Of a DNA stretch of 64,000 nt, positions 41,444 through 51,016 are shown piece after piece. This DNA comes from Ignavibacteriae bacterium HGW-Ignavibacteriae-4. GTDB lineage: Bacteria > Bacteroidota > Ignavibacteria > Kapaibacteriales > UBA2268. Position 1 is the first letter of the stretch; each line of letters begins with the position of its first letter. The notes beneath the pieces are model-generated. The model was not told the origin of the DNA and made no database searches. It saw only the letters and a list, made by a program, of their open reading frames with translations. The stretch is taken from contig PGYR01000008.1 of NCBI GenBank assembly GCA_002839765.1, positions 2,541-66,540 of the forward strand, in the 5' to 3' direction. Made by a program: the position numbers and the translations under genes.

Positions 41444-41478
41444 ATACTCTAAAGACACATGAACACGAAAAACGTCTC
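41444..41478 (-). promoter_or_regulatory. Putative ECF promoter, GAGAC class
   Basis: Minus strand gagacgtttttcgtgttcatgtgtctttagagtat. Confidence 0.6.
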
Positions 41479-41528
41479 AAGAAAAGTGAAAATAAATTGA
41501 AAATTAAGTATTTGATTTGTTATTATTC

Positions 41529-42422
41529 TCACTCACCAGTATAAAATCTAGTAGTAGGATATGCGAATTTGATATTTGGGTCGGCATTGTATTGTTCTAG
41601 TATGGACTCTGATATAGCTGCTTCGCTAGCTGTGCGGTTGTATATACTACAGAAGTAGCGGACTCTCAGCTCTACGCCGTTTTCTACTATTCTAGTGAAA
41701 ACTGTTGGTTCAAATTCTACATTGAATATTTCGTGGGCGCGTAGGGTCTTGTATGCATCGAACGTAGCTTGTGTATCTTGATAATTGCTGTTTTCTTTAG
41801 CTATTTCAAGAAGTATTTCCTTAGCTTTTTTCCAATCACTTTCGAAAGTGACAGTAACTTTGGTTTCGTTCCATATAGATTTGTAACCAGAACTATAGTT
41901 GGAGTTGGCGAAATTGAATACTTTTGCATTCGGTATGGAGATTATCCTACCTGTGTATAGGTCGCCATCTATCCAATTTCGAATTTCGAACATATCAAAA
42001 TGGAAAGGTGTTAGCTCTATCACATCACCATAATGGTTGTCTATTTCTATTCGGTCGCCTGTTTTGATAGGGCCTCGCCATACTATATATACCCACCCGA
42101 ATAGGTTGACTATCGGCTCTTTGAGCGCGAAGGCAATACCAGCTGCTATTAGCCCAATTAAGGTTAGTACATTGTTGAATCCTTTGAACCAAAGGTCAAA
42201 TATTATTATTAGGGAGATACCAAAGAAAACATAGTAGCTGTATTTATTCCAAACGAATTTAGTACGTTCTTTCGTAGCTTTTTTACGAACAAACCTTAGA
42301 ACGATTTTCCTGATAATCCAGACAATAGAAATGAAAAGAATAGTAAAAAACATTCTTTCGGCAAGTTCAATACTTGCATTTTCTATAAGTGCTTGTAGAT
42401 ATTTGGAATTATCCCCGAACAT
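41529..42422 (-). CDS. Small-conductance mechanosensitive channel (MscS family)
   Basis: GLIAAGIAFALK, GDRIEID..GDV, IPN, FAYPT. Confidence 0.9.
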   Translation of the reverse strand: MFGDNSKYLQALIENASIELAERMFFTILFISIVWIIRKIVLRFVRKKATKERTKFVWNKYSYYVFFGISLIIIFDLWFKGFNNVLTLIGLIAAGIAFALKEPIVNLFGWVYIVWRGPIKTGDRIEIDNHYGDVIELTPFHFDMFEIRNWIDGDLYTGRIISIPNAKVFNFANSNYSSGYKSIWNETKVTVTFESDWKKAKEILLEIAKENSNYQDTQATFDAYKTLRAHEIFNVEFEPTVFTRIVENGVELRVRYFCSIYNRTASEAAISESILEQYNADPNIKFAYPTTRFYTGE

Positions 42423-43086
42423 TTTTGGTAGCTATTATCCTGTAGTATTGATAATTATGTTTGATACAATCCATCTCTTTATTAGTAGTCGGATAATCCC
42501 ATGGCTCATCCAGACTTACAGCTCGATAATCAAATTTACCGAATTTTGCGAGTGTATCCAAATGATAACGTTGAACGTCTTCTATATCTGTTTGTAGTAG
42601 TAACTCTCCACCGTTCTCTAATGCTTCGTAGCAGAAGTGCAAAAACTCCAAATCGAATGCTCTTCGTTTATAATGTTTTTTCTTGAACCAAGGGTCTGGG
42701 AAAAAGTAAAATATTTTCTTAATGCTATCTTTCTCTAAGAAATCTAATCCATTCCCAACACTATACCAGAAGATAGCCATATTGGGTAGTTCTTCGGCAT
42801 CTATAACACCTTGAGCATAAGCTACAGCTTTGTCACGAACTTCTATGCCGAGTACATTATCTTTCACTATTGAGGAAAAATCCATAGCGAACCAACCGAA
42901 ACCACAGCCAATATCTAAGTATTTAGGTGGTTTACCATCAGCATAGTACTTCTTCCAATCTACATTTTCGTAAAGTGGGGGATAGTTGAATGGTTCGTAT
43001 TTTAGTTCTTTTCTCGCAAAATAATTATTTGCCGATAGGTGATGTCTAAACCTATCGGGAAGGGGGTGTTTGTCCCAATCTATCAT
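42409..43086 (-). CDS. trmB: tRNA (guanine-N7)-methyltransferase
   Basis: DIGCGFG, GIEVR, FPDPWFKKKHYKRR, QTD. Confidence 0.93.
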   Translation of the reverse strand: MIDWDKHPLPDRFRHHLSANNYFARKELKYEPFNYPPLYENVDWKKYYADGKPPKYLDIGCGFGWFAMDFSSIVKDNVLGIEVRDKAVAYAQGVIDAEELPNMAIFWYSVGNGLDFLEKDSIKKIFYFFPDPWFKKKHYKRRAFDLEFLHFCYEALENGGELLLQTDIEDVQRYHLDTLAKFGKFDYRAVSLDEPWDYPTTNKEMDCIKHNYQYYRIIATKNVRG

Positions 43087-43853
43087 AGTAAATACCCTAG
43101 TAATGCATCTAAAATCAAAATAGTAGCTGCTGACATTGTAAATGCTCGTACAGTACTTTTACCAACGCCCTCTGCGCCGCCAGTAGTGGTGAAACCTACG
43201 TGCACACCTATTAGTGCCGTAACTCCACCGAAAATCAAGGACTTGAAAAGCCCTATAAATACGTCGAATGAGTTAAAATAAACTCTAATGGATTCGAAGA
43301 ACGTAAATGCTGAGAAATCAAATTTCGCTGCTGTTAGTATGAATCCACCAAGTATAGCCACAACATTAGAAAATACAGCTAATATTGGCATCATAACCAA
43401 TGCCGAGATAACTCTAGGCATAGCCAAATAACGGTTACGGTCTATCGCCATCATCTCTAGTGCGTCTATCTGCTCTGTTACTTTCATAGTCCCTAATTGT
43501 GCGGCCATTGCTCCCCCAACTCTACCAGCTATTACTATAGCCGTCAGTACAGGAGTTAGCTCTGTGAATACCACAGTCGCTATAGATGACCCGAGGAAAG
43601 GTGTTGCTATACCAATTAAATTAAATTTATCAAAAAGGTTTGTTGCTTGCAGTGCAGCAATTGCACCCGTGAACGATCCAATCAGCACTACCAATGGTAA
43701 TGAATCAGAACCAACTATACTCATTTGCTCTAGTACCAAAGCTCTGTCTTTACCAATTCTGGGTACATACCTTAGTATCTTACCCATTAGCAGAGTGATT
43801 TGCCCAATCTCTCGGACGAAACCTATTATTAACCTGCCTAATCTACTTATCAT
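43083..43853 (-). CDS. mlaE: MlaE-family ABC permease
   Basis: ELTPVLTAIVIAGRVGG, MKVTEQIDALE, GGAEGVG. Confidence 0.92.
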   Translation of the reverse strand: MISRLGRLIIGFVREIGQITLLMGKILRYVPRIGKDRALVLEQMSIVGSDSLPLVVLIGSFTGAIAALQATNLFDKFNLIGIATPFLGSSIATVVFTELTPVLTAIVIAGRVGGAMAAQLGTMKVTEQIDALEMMAIDRNRYLAMPRVISALVMMPILAVFSNVVAILGGFILTAAKFDFSAFTFFESIRVYFNSFDVFIGLFKSLIFGGVTALIGVHVGFTTTGGAEGVGKSTVRAFTMSAATILILDALLGYLL

Positions 43854-43862
43854 GTTCTATCC

Positions 43863-44255
43863 TTAATTTTCTACTTCTGGTGATACGAGATAAAATCGTT
43901 CTATTTTTGCTTGGAATTCAGTTCCGTCATTTCTTAGCATCAGGAAAGTTCCTTCCATAGTTCCCCACGGAGTTTCCAAAGGGCAATAGCTTGTATATTT
44001 GAATTCATCACCAGGGTTCAGTTTGGGCTGTCTTCCTATTACTCCTTCACCAATTACATTATCTGCTTTCCCTTCCGAATCTATAATAATCCAATGTCGG
44101 GAAATTAGCTGAGCTGGAATGTCGCCTTCGTTTACAATCCGTACCCTATATGAAAATAAGTATTTACCATTTGCTGAAACAAGCTCACCCGGAATATATT
44201 CTGGGTCAACAGTTACTCTTATTCCTTGCGTTATACAGTTTGAATTTTTATTCAT
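43863..44255 (-). CDS. apaG: ApaG protein
   Basis: QLISRHWII, GEGVIGRQP, YTSYC..TPWGTMEG. Confidence 0.95.
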   Translation of the reverse strand: MNKNSNCITQGIRVTVDPEYIPGELVSANGKYLFSYRVRIVNEGDIPAQLISRHWIIIDSEGKADNVIGEGVIGRQPKLNPGDEFKYTSYCPLETPWGTMEGTFLMLRNDGTEFQAKIERFYLVSPEVEN

Positions 44256-44353
44256 TATTAGGTAAAAATAGAAAATACTGTTAAAAAATGTAACAGAATT
44301 GTAAAAATATTGTCATATTAGATATTAATTAGAATATAATTTAAAAAGAATTT

Positions 44354-46084
44354 ATGAAAATGCTACGATTAGCCCTATTATTTTTATTAGTAGCGACTAT
44401 TACTTCGGCACAAGATGCTAAGCAATTTGCTATAATGATAGAATCCAAAATAGACGACACAGGGTTTGCACCCCAGGTTGTACTTAGTTGGCAAAATGAC
44501 ACTACTGCGAGTAGATATGTGGTTTACAAAAGACTCTACGAAGTAGATAAATTCGAGAAATTGGCGGAAGTAAGCGGTGGAGCAAACACATTTTCCGATT
44601 TGGATCCTATGTATGGTAAAGTAGCTGAGTATAAAGTTGAAAAAGTATTCAGTGATGGCAAACAGCTAATATCTACTTACGCTTACAAAGCATTAGCTTG
44701 GGATGCTAACCTAGTAAGTGAAGATTGGAAGACTTTGTTGATATTAGTAGATAATACTCTTGCTTTTTCAATTTCATCTAAGTTAGAAATGTATAGAAGA
44801 GAAATTGAAAAACAGGGCTGGAGAGCTATATACAAATATGTACCTAGAGTAGAATCATTCAATGCGAAAGCAGTTCTTAATAATAAAGAAATGATAAAAG
44901 CGGTATATAAGCAAACTCCTAATTTGAAGGCTATCCTTATATTGGGAAGAGTTGCAATACCTTACTCTGGTAATACTGCCCCCGATGGTCATGGAGACGA
45001 TAACCCATTGCCACACAAAGGAGCTTACCCAGCTGATGTATTCTACGGAGATTTGGACACAAGAGATTGGACAGATAATAAGGTTAGCAATGATAAATCT
45101 GCATTCCCTAGACAGCACAATTACATAAACGACGGCAAATGGGACGATTCGAATATCCCAAGTAAAGTTGAATTAGCAGTAGGAAGAGTGGACTTCTTTG
45201 ATTTGCCTTTTTTCAAAGAAAGTGAAGCCGAAATGATAAATAATTATCTCCAAAAAGATATAGACTATCGCAGTGGAGTGATGAAAGCAGATAATGATGC
45301 TATACTCTATGATGGATTTGATTCGCGTCAGGCGGGTTATGCTGCCGATGGATGGAATAATCTAACTTCGCTATACGGTAGAGACAATGTAGTAGAAATG
45401 AGAGTGAGAGAGGAAATAATTAAAAACTCTTATGAAATGGTATATGCTAACGCAAATGGTGGGATTGACAATATATCAGACGCAATATATTCAGGTGAAA
45501 TAGCTGAGAAAGGCTATAAAGGAATACATAATATGATATTCGGTTCATATAATGTGGATTGGGATTCCGAGAGCAATCTTCTCCGCTCTATAATTGCTTC
45601 TAAACCAATGGCTCTAACATCAGTATGGGCGACCCGACCTTTCTGGACATACTTCAAATTGGGATTGGGCGAGACCTTCGGTGAGGCACTACTCAGCACC
45701 CAGAACAATCGCTCGGAATACGTATATCCGTCCGTAGTTTACAATGGGGGAGTGCATATAGCTTTGATGGGCGACCCAACACTAAGTCTGATTAATGAAA
45801 ATGTTTTAGATTCAGTTGTAAGAATTTATGAAAATGACAAATTAGTTAGTATTAATGTAAATATAAAAGAAGAAACTAGAATATATGGCTATCAGATATT
45901 AGCTCTACAAAAAGTCGTGAAAACAATCTTATTTAATGAGAGCAAGGACGCAGGTTTTATTATTGACCTAACCGATATAGATTCTTCTTTTGAAAATAGA
46001 CCCTATATAGTAAGACCAATAATTAAGATTGAAAACAAATCAGGTAGATTTCTATACCTTGGTAATGGGAAAGTTATACAATGA
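44354..46084 (+). CDS. Secreted protein with FN3-like N-terminus and gingipain (C25)-like fold
   Basis: Signal peptide; LSW..YVVYKR FN3-like start; LILGRVAIPY, ADVFYGDLD, LAVGRVD, LMGDPTL resemble the C25 family. Confidence 0.6.
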   Translation: MKMLRLALLFLLVATITSAQDAKQFAIMIESKIDDTGFAPQVVLSWQNDTTASRYVVYKRLYEVDKFEKLAEVSGGANTFSDLDPMYGKVAEYKVEKVFSDGKQLISTYAYKALAWDANLVSEDWKTLLILVDNTLAFSISSKLEMYRREIEKQGWRAIYKYVPRVESFNAKAVLNNKEMIKAVYKQTPNLKAILILGRVAIPYSGNTAPDGHGDDNPLPHKGAYPADVFYGDLDTRDWTDNKVSNDKSAFPRQHNYINDGKWDDSNIPSKVELAVGRVDFFDLPFFKESEAEMINNYLQKDIDYRSGVMKADNDAILYDGFDSRQAGYAADGWNNLTSLYGRDNVVEMRVREEIIKNSYEMVYANANGGIDNISDAIYSGEIAEKGYKGIHNMIFGSYNVDWDSESNLLRSIIASKPMALTSVWATRPFWTYFKLGLGETFGEALLSTQNNRSEYVYPSVVYNGGVHIALMGDPTLSLINENVLDSVVRIYENDKLVSINVNIKEETRIYGYQILALQKVVKTILFNESKDAGFIIDLTDIDSSFENRPYIVRPIIKIENKSGRFLYLGNGKVIQ

Positions 46085-46091
46085 GGGAAAT

Positions 46092-46475
46092 ATGAATAAT
46101 GATATTATTGAAAATATAAACGAAGGACCAAAGAATGGTGGAAGGTTTGGTACAACTATAATCCTTGTAATTGATTTATTGCTTATTGCATTTAGTTTCC
46201 TAATTTTTAATACAGCTCCTAGTTTGGGATACCTTGTTATTTTATACGGTGCAATTGCAGTATTAGTACTAGGAGTAATAATTTCTTTAGCCTGCCGAGA
46301 TAAAATTAAGGAAAGAGCAATAGGCCTTATATCAATTGGCGTTGGAATCGCTATTGGAGTTGCAAGTGGAATAGATATTGACAATAATGAAGTTATCATG
46401 ACCATCGGGCAAATTGTTACTGGGGTTTCATTTTTTCTAATTTCTTACTTGATTTATATATTATGGAGAAAATAA
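46092..46475 (+). CDS. Hypothetical 4-TM membrane protein
   Basis: ATG 46092 follows GAGGGA; four hydrophobic helices. Confidence 0.65.
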   Translation: MNNDIIENINEGPKNGGRFGTTIILVIDLLLIAFSFLIFNTAPSLGYLVILYGAIAVLVLGVIISLACRDKIKERAIGLISIGVGIAIGVASGIDIDNNEVIMTIGQIVTGVSFFLISYLIYILWRK

Positions 46476-46532
46476 CTCATTCTTTATCTTTACTTCTGCC
46501 AGCTCATATCAAATAGTACATATCTGTGTATT

Positions 46533-46776
46533 GCCGTTGGCTTCAGCCAACGGATATTCAGACATCACATCCTCAAATTGGACTTCAAGTCCTATATTTA
46601 TTTAAGTCTTAGCGGAGTTGTTTTGTTATTATTCGATGTCAGTTGCTACTAATATTGAACTCCTACGGAGTTCTCCTGGACTCTTCGCTAACTTCGTTAG
46701 CTCTGAGTGACGGTTTTTTTGTTAAAAAATTAATAACCAGTGCAATCCATAAATCAGTTTAATCAATGATTCAGAA
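46533..46776. repeat. Mosaic of several REP-like palindromic repeats between convergent genes
   Basis: ccgttggct-tc-agccaacgg (46534-46553); 28-bp unit 46645-46672 that is the exact reverse complement of 1067-1094; gactcttcgctaacttcgttagctctgagtgac; gtgcaatc..aaatc..taatc..tgattcagaa, which also occurs near 991-1027. Confidence 0.72.
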
Positions 46777-46786
46777 AATCATCACA

Positions 46787-49132
46787 CTACTGAAATAAAG
46801 GCGAAGAAACGTTGATTCCAAAGCCAAAGTTCCCTTTACCCAATTCACCTATTCCCCAACGGAAGCCAGCTTCAAGTTGGATAAGTGGACTGATGAAAGT
46901 GGGAATTTTTGTAATATTGAACCCAACTTCATTGTAGAATTTCTCGCTTGTTCCACTATATAAATTGTACTCGTCTTGCTTGTAGTAACCCGCGGAGTAG
47001 TTCAGTTCTAACCCCAACCCACGTCCACGATATTTCGGCAAACCAGCTGCTCGCCATAGAAAATCTGAAAAGTCAAAACCAGTGTGCAGTTCCAGAAATT
47101 CTGAGCCACCGAATCGTGTATAATCGGGCGAAATAAATCTATCTCTGATTTTGAAAACTACTATTTGTGTATTCATACGGTAAAGTAGATGTTGGGGCAT
47201 ATTGTTTGATATTCCACTTTTCACTGTTGCGTATAAATTACCCGGTTCGAACCCAGTGCTGATAATAGGCACTGCCGCACCTAACTCCCCAAATAGATAA
47301 TCATATTTTTTATCAATCGTTAAGCTTTTGCCTGTTTGGTATTCTGCTCGTACGTGGTATTCCAATCGGCTGTGCTTTACATTACCATCATTTTTATATG
47401 CCGCTTCAATTCCATATTGCTCATATCGTCCTCCGTCTATTATGCGGTTCTCTCTCCATTTGTACTCGGAGAAAAGTTTAGGATTGTTGTTCGGGATATT
47501 ACTTATCAGTTCATTTCTATAACTAGCTCGGATAAGTAGGTTATCGTATCTGAAGTTTAGTCCACCATCAATTCTATCAGACAAATACCAATCATAGTAA
47601 TCACGAACAAATAACGATGTGGCAGTAGATAGTAGAATGTCAGAATTATTATTAACTGATAGGGGATAAGTGTTTCTTTCAAATCCGATATCAGCTTGTA
47701 AATAGTCTAATATTCTCGATTTTGCTTTAGCTCCAAAGTACAAATTCTCAGAAGTTATAGCATAAGCACCAAAGAACTCAGGATTGAAATAGCGACTAAT
47801 TTCTATTTTTGGGGATAGACCTAAAGTGAAACCATCAACTCTATTCAATCGGAAATATGGATCATAACTGAATTTGAAGCTTCCTTCTTTTACACTATCT
47901 TTAGCCGCGAACTCTTTTGCCAATGAGTCAGTTTTGGCGTAGATTTCTCGCTCTTTGTCTGTTGTATTTATTAGTGAGGTATTCGCCCAAAATTCAGTTG
48001 TAGCACTGTCAGCTTCAGGTGCAGCTACTACTCTTTGCTCTGGATTGTTGTATATAGAATCTGGTAAAGGTTGATTGATTTTCAAATCTTCAACCACAGT
48101 CATTGCACTTGCCGTAGCAGTGAAATCAAACATTCCCGATAATATTTCAACTTTTAGTTGACCAGTAGTGTTGAGTAATGTCGGATACCAATAATCTGAG
48201 TTCATCTTCTCGAATTTCTCTTCAAATTCGATATTAGATATAAACTCAATCAAATCATCGCTTGTTGGTTTTGCTTTGATATATGTTAGTTCATAGCTAT
48301 CTTCGAGTATACTCATAGTACCGACGAAGCCAGGGTATATGTTGCTTATGGATTTGAAATCAATTACATAAATAAATTTGTCATCATATAACTCACGTGA
48401 GACTAACTTGAACTCATATTCTCCAAGAGCATCCTCACTGAGTGGGCTAGTAAATTGGGTATTGTTAATACCTATTTCATCAGCATAGAAATTCACAAAA
48501 GAAGATAACGAAATAAGATTATATTGTTGTTTGAAATTGGCCGTATTTCTACGCTTTAGTATAATATCTTTTGAGATATTCTTATCGAAATCTTTATAGC
48601 TTTTCGAGTATGTCTCAGCGATTATATTCTCAAATAAATCTCGCTCTAATTCTTTGTCTTCTGTTCCAGGTAGGGGATTCTGAAATTCATAAAGCTCACC
48701 GCCCAACTCCACTTTCACCTTAGAAAAAAGTGTTTGCTCTACCGTTTTTATTTTCTGTTGATTGGCTTCTTTATTAGCAACGGCCCGCTTTATTATCTCC
48801 TCTACACTTATATCATCTGTCACAGTAGCTTCAGACATTTTCACACTTTCGGGTACAAGTTTGATTTCCAAATTCGTCACATTAGCTATAGTTATGGTCT
48901 CACTTTGGTAGCCAATAGCTGTGAATTTCAGCTTGTCTCCTTTGTTCACACCCGGTAATTTGAATATACCATCACGATTTGCATAAGTGCCTTTACTAGT
49001 ACCTACTAACCTTACAGAAGCGGACACCACTGATTCTTTCGATTTGGAATCAATGACACGACCAGTTATAACTTCGGCAGTAGTTATATTAAAAGTAAAG
49101 AATGTAAATAGGACGATAAATGTGATTTTCAT
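46787..49132 (-). CDS. Carboxypeptidase-regulatory-like domain + DUF5686-type outer-membrane protein
   Basis: ATG 49132 gives a signal peptide; ITGRVIDSKS..GTYANRDGIF..IGY; FTSPLS..YEFKL; C-terminal barrel. Confidence 0.75.
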   Translation of the reverse strand: MKITFIVLFTFFTFNITTAEVITGRVIDSKSKESVVSASVRLVGTSKGTYANRDGIFKLPGVNKGDKLKFTAIGYQSETITIANVTNLEIKLVPESVKMSEATVTDDISVEEIIKRAVANKEANQQKIKTVEQTLFSKVKVELGGELYEFQNPLPGTEDKELERDLFENIIAETYSKSYKDFDKNISKDIILKRRNTANFKQQYNLISLSSFVNFYADEIGINNTQFTSPLSEDALGEYEFKLVSRELYDDKFIYVIDFKSISNIYPGFVGTMSILEDSYELTYIKAKPTSDDLIEFISNIEFEEKFEKMNSDYWYPTLLNTTGQLKVEILSGMFDFTATASAMTVVEDLKINQPLPDSIYNNPEQRVVAAPEADSATTEFWANTSLINTTDKEREIYAKTDSLAKEFAAKDSVKEGSFKFSYDPYFRLNRVDGFTLGLSPKIEISRYFNPEFFGAYAITSENLYFGAKAKSRILDYLQADIGFERNTYPLSVNNNSDILLSTATSLFVRDYYDWYLSDRIDGGLNFRYDNLLIRASYRNELISNIPNNNPKLFSEYKWRENRIIDGGRYEQYGIEAAYKNDGNVKHSRLEYHVRAEYQTGKSLTIDKKYDYLFGELGAAVPIISTGFEPGNLYATVKSGISNNMPQHLLYRMNTQIVVFKIRDRFISPDYTRFGGSEFLELHTGFDFSDFLWRAAGLPKYRGRGLGLELNYSAGYYKQDEYNLYSGTSEKFYNEVGFNITKIPTFISPLIQLEAGFRWGIGELGKGNFGFGINVSSPLFQ

Positions 49133-49151
49133 TTTATTATGAGTTATATTT

Positions 49152-50879
49152 TTAATGTTCAACGCCAGTTATTTCACCAGTTTCTGTATTTATATCTATA
49201 TCCATAAATGAAGGGCGAGTTGCTAATCCGGGCATTGTGCTAATGCTACCAGTGAGAGGATATAAGAACCCTGCTCCCACACTTGCTCTAACCTCTGAAA
49301 TAGGTACTGTGAAGCCAGTTGGAACCCCTTTTAGACGAGCATCGTGACTTAAGCTCAAAGGCGTTTTTGCCATACAAATTGGTATTTTGTCGAATCCCAA
49401 ACGAGTGAAGTCAGCTATCTGTTTTTCAGCTTTCTCTGAGTATTCTACTCCGTCTGCTCCATACATTTTCTTAGCGATGGTTTCTATTTTCTCTTTAATC
49501 GGTATATCCAATTCATAAAGATATTCGAAATTTGAGCCAACTTCAGCTGCTTTGATAACTGCTTCAGCTAGGTTCGAAGCACCAATACCACCTTCACCAA
49601 AGTGAGTTGTACCAACTGCATCTAATGCTCCATTCTCTATCGAATACTTACGAATCATTTCAACTTCAGCTGCTGTATCTTCAGGGAATTGGTTGATAGC
49701 AACTACCACTGAGACTCCATATTGCCTTGCATTTTTAATATGTGCCCCTAGATTTGCTAAACCTTTTTCCAATAATTCCAGATTTTCAGATGTATAAACT
49801 GGATCAAGTTTGCCAGGAGTTACAGCTGGTCCACCACCGTGTAGTTTCAATGCTCTTACAGTTGCAACCATTACTACTGCATCAGGGGAAAGACCTGAAT
49901 AACGACATTTTATATTAAAGAATTTTTCCATCCCCATATCAGCAGCAAATCCTGCTTCTGTAATTACATAATCTGCTAATTTCAGAGCAATCTTATCTGC
50001 TATAATAGAAGAATTACCATGTGCAATATTAGCGAAAGGCCCTGTATGTACTAGCACTGGCTGACCTTCTAAAGTCTGCACTAATGTTGGTTTGATAGCA
50101 TTTACAAGCAAAGCAGCAACTGCACCAGCTACTTGTAAGTCTTCTAATGTGATTGGTTCTCCAGCTTTGGAAAGGGCAATAACAGCTCGACCTATTCTAG
50201 TTCTTAGGTCTTTCAGATCAATCGCAAGTGCTAAAATAGCCATTAACTCACTAGCTACGGTCAAATCGAAAAGTGTTTTTCTTGGGAATATATCACTCGG
50301 TACACCGTCTCTGGCCTCTGTATCATCTAAACCTATATTTATATTTCGCAATGAACGATCGCATACATCTACTACTCTATTCCAGATTATAGTATTTGGG
50401 TCAACGTCTAATCTTTTATTAATTCCTCGCGATTTCAAAGCTTCATCATCTTGCCTTGTCTCATGCCACATACGAGTATCGAGTGCGGCCATTGCTAGGT
50501 TATGAGCAGCTCCTATAGCGTGTATATCACCAGTTAGACCTAGGTTTATCTCATCTACAGGTATAGCCAAACTTTTACCACCACCAGCTCCACCACCTTT
50601 GATATTGAATGTTGGTGCCATGCTTGGCTGTCGGATACAAGCTATTACATTTTTATTATGCGCAGTCCCAAATGCCTGTGTTAACCCTAACAATGTAGTA
50701 GTCTTACCTTCACCTAGAGGTGTCGGGGTAATAGCCGTTACAAGAATATATTTCCCATTCTTTTTGTTTTCTAATCTTTTGTTTATTTCTAACTTAATTT
50801 TTGCTTTAGTATTACCATATAATTCCAGTTCATCTTCATTGATACCAGCCTTATTAGCTATTTCTCTTATATCTTTCAT
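49152..50879 (-). CDS. fhs: Formate--tetrahydrofolate ligase
   Basis: TPTPLGEGKTT, KGGGAGGG, HTGPFANIAHG, CMAKT, TMPGL. Confidence 0.96.
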   Translation of the reverse strand: MKDIREIANKAGINEDELELYGNTKAKIKLEINKRLENKKNGKYILVTAITPTPLGEGKTTTLLGLTQAFGTAHNKNVIACIRQPSMAPTFNIKGGGAGGGKSLAIPVDEINLGLTGDIHAIGAAHNLAMAALDTRMWHETRQDDEALKSRGINKRLDVDPNTIIWNRVVDVCDRSLRNINIGLDDTEARDGVPSDIFPRKTLFDLTVASELMAILALAIDLKDLRTRIGRAVIALSKAGEPITLEDLQVAGAVAALLVNAIKPTLVQTLEGQPVLVHTGPFANIAHGNSSIIADKIALKLADYVITEAGFAADMGMEKFFNIKCRYSGLSPDAVVMVATVRALKLHGGGPAVTPGKLDPVYTSENLELLEKGLANLGAHIKNARQYGVSVVVAINQFPEDTAAEVEMIRKYSIENGALDAVGTTHFGEGGIGASNLAEAVIKAAEVGSNFEYLYELDIPIKEKIETIAKKMYGADGVEYSEKAEKQIADFTRLGFDKIPICMAKTPLSLSHDARLKGVPTGFTVPISEVRASVGAGFLYPLTGSISTMPGLATRPSFMDIDINTETGEITGVEH

Positions 50880-51016
50880 CTAATTGGTTCTCTTTTTTCA
50901 TAATTTGAATTCACAATATAATAATTTAGACATTCAAAGTCATCATTATTCTGAGTTTAGGCTTGTGATAATACACAACCAACTATTACGTTAATAGGAA
51001 AAAAAAGATAAGTAAT

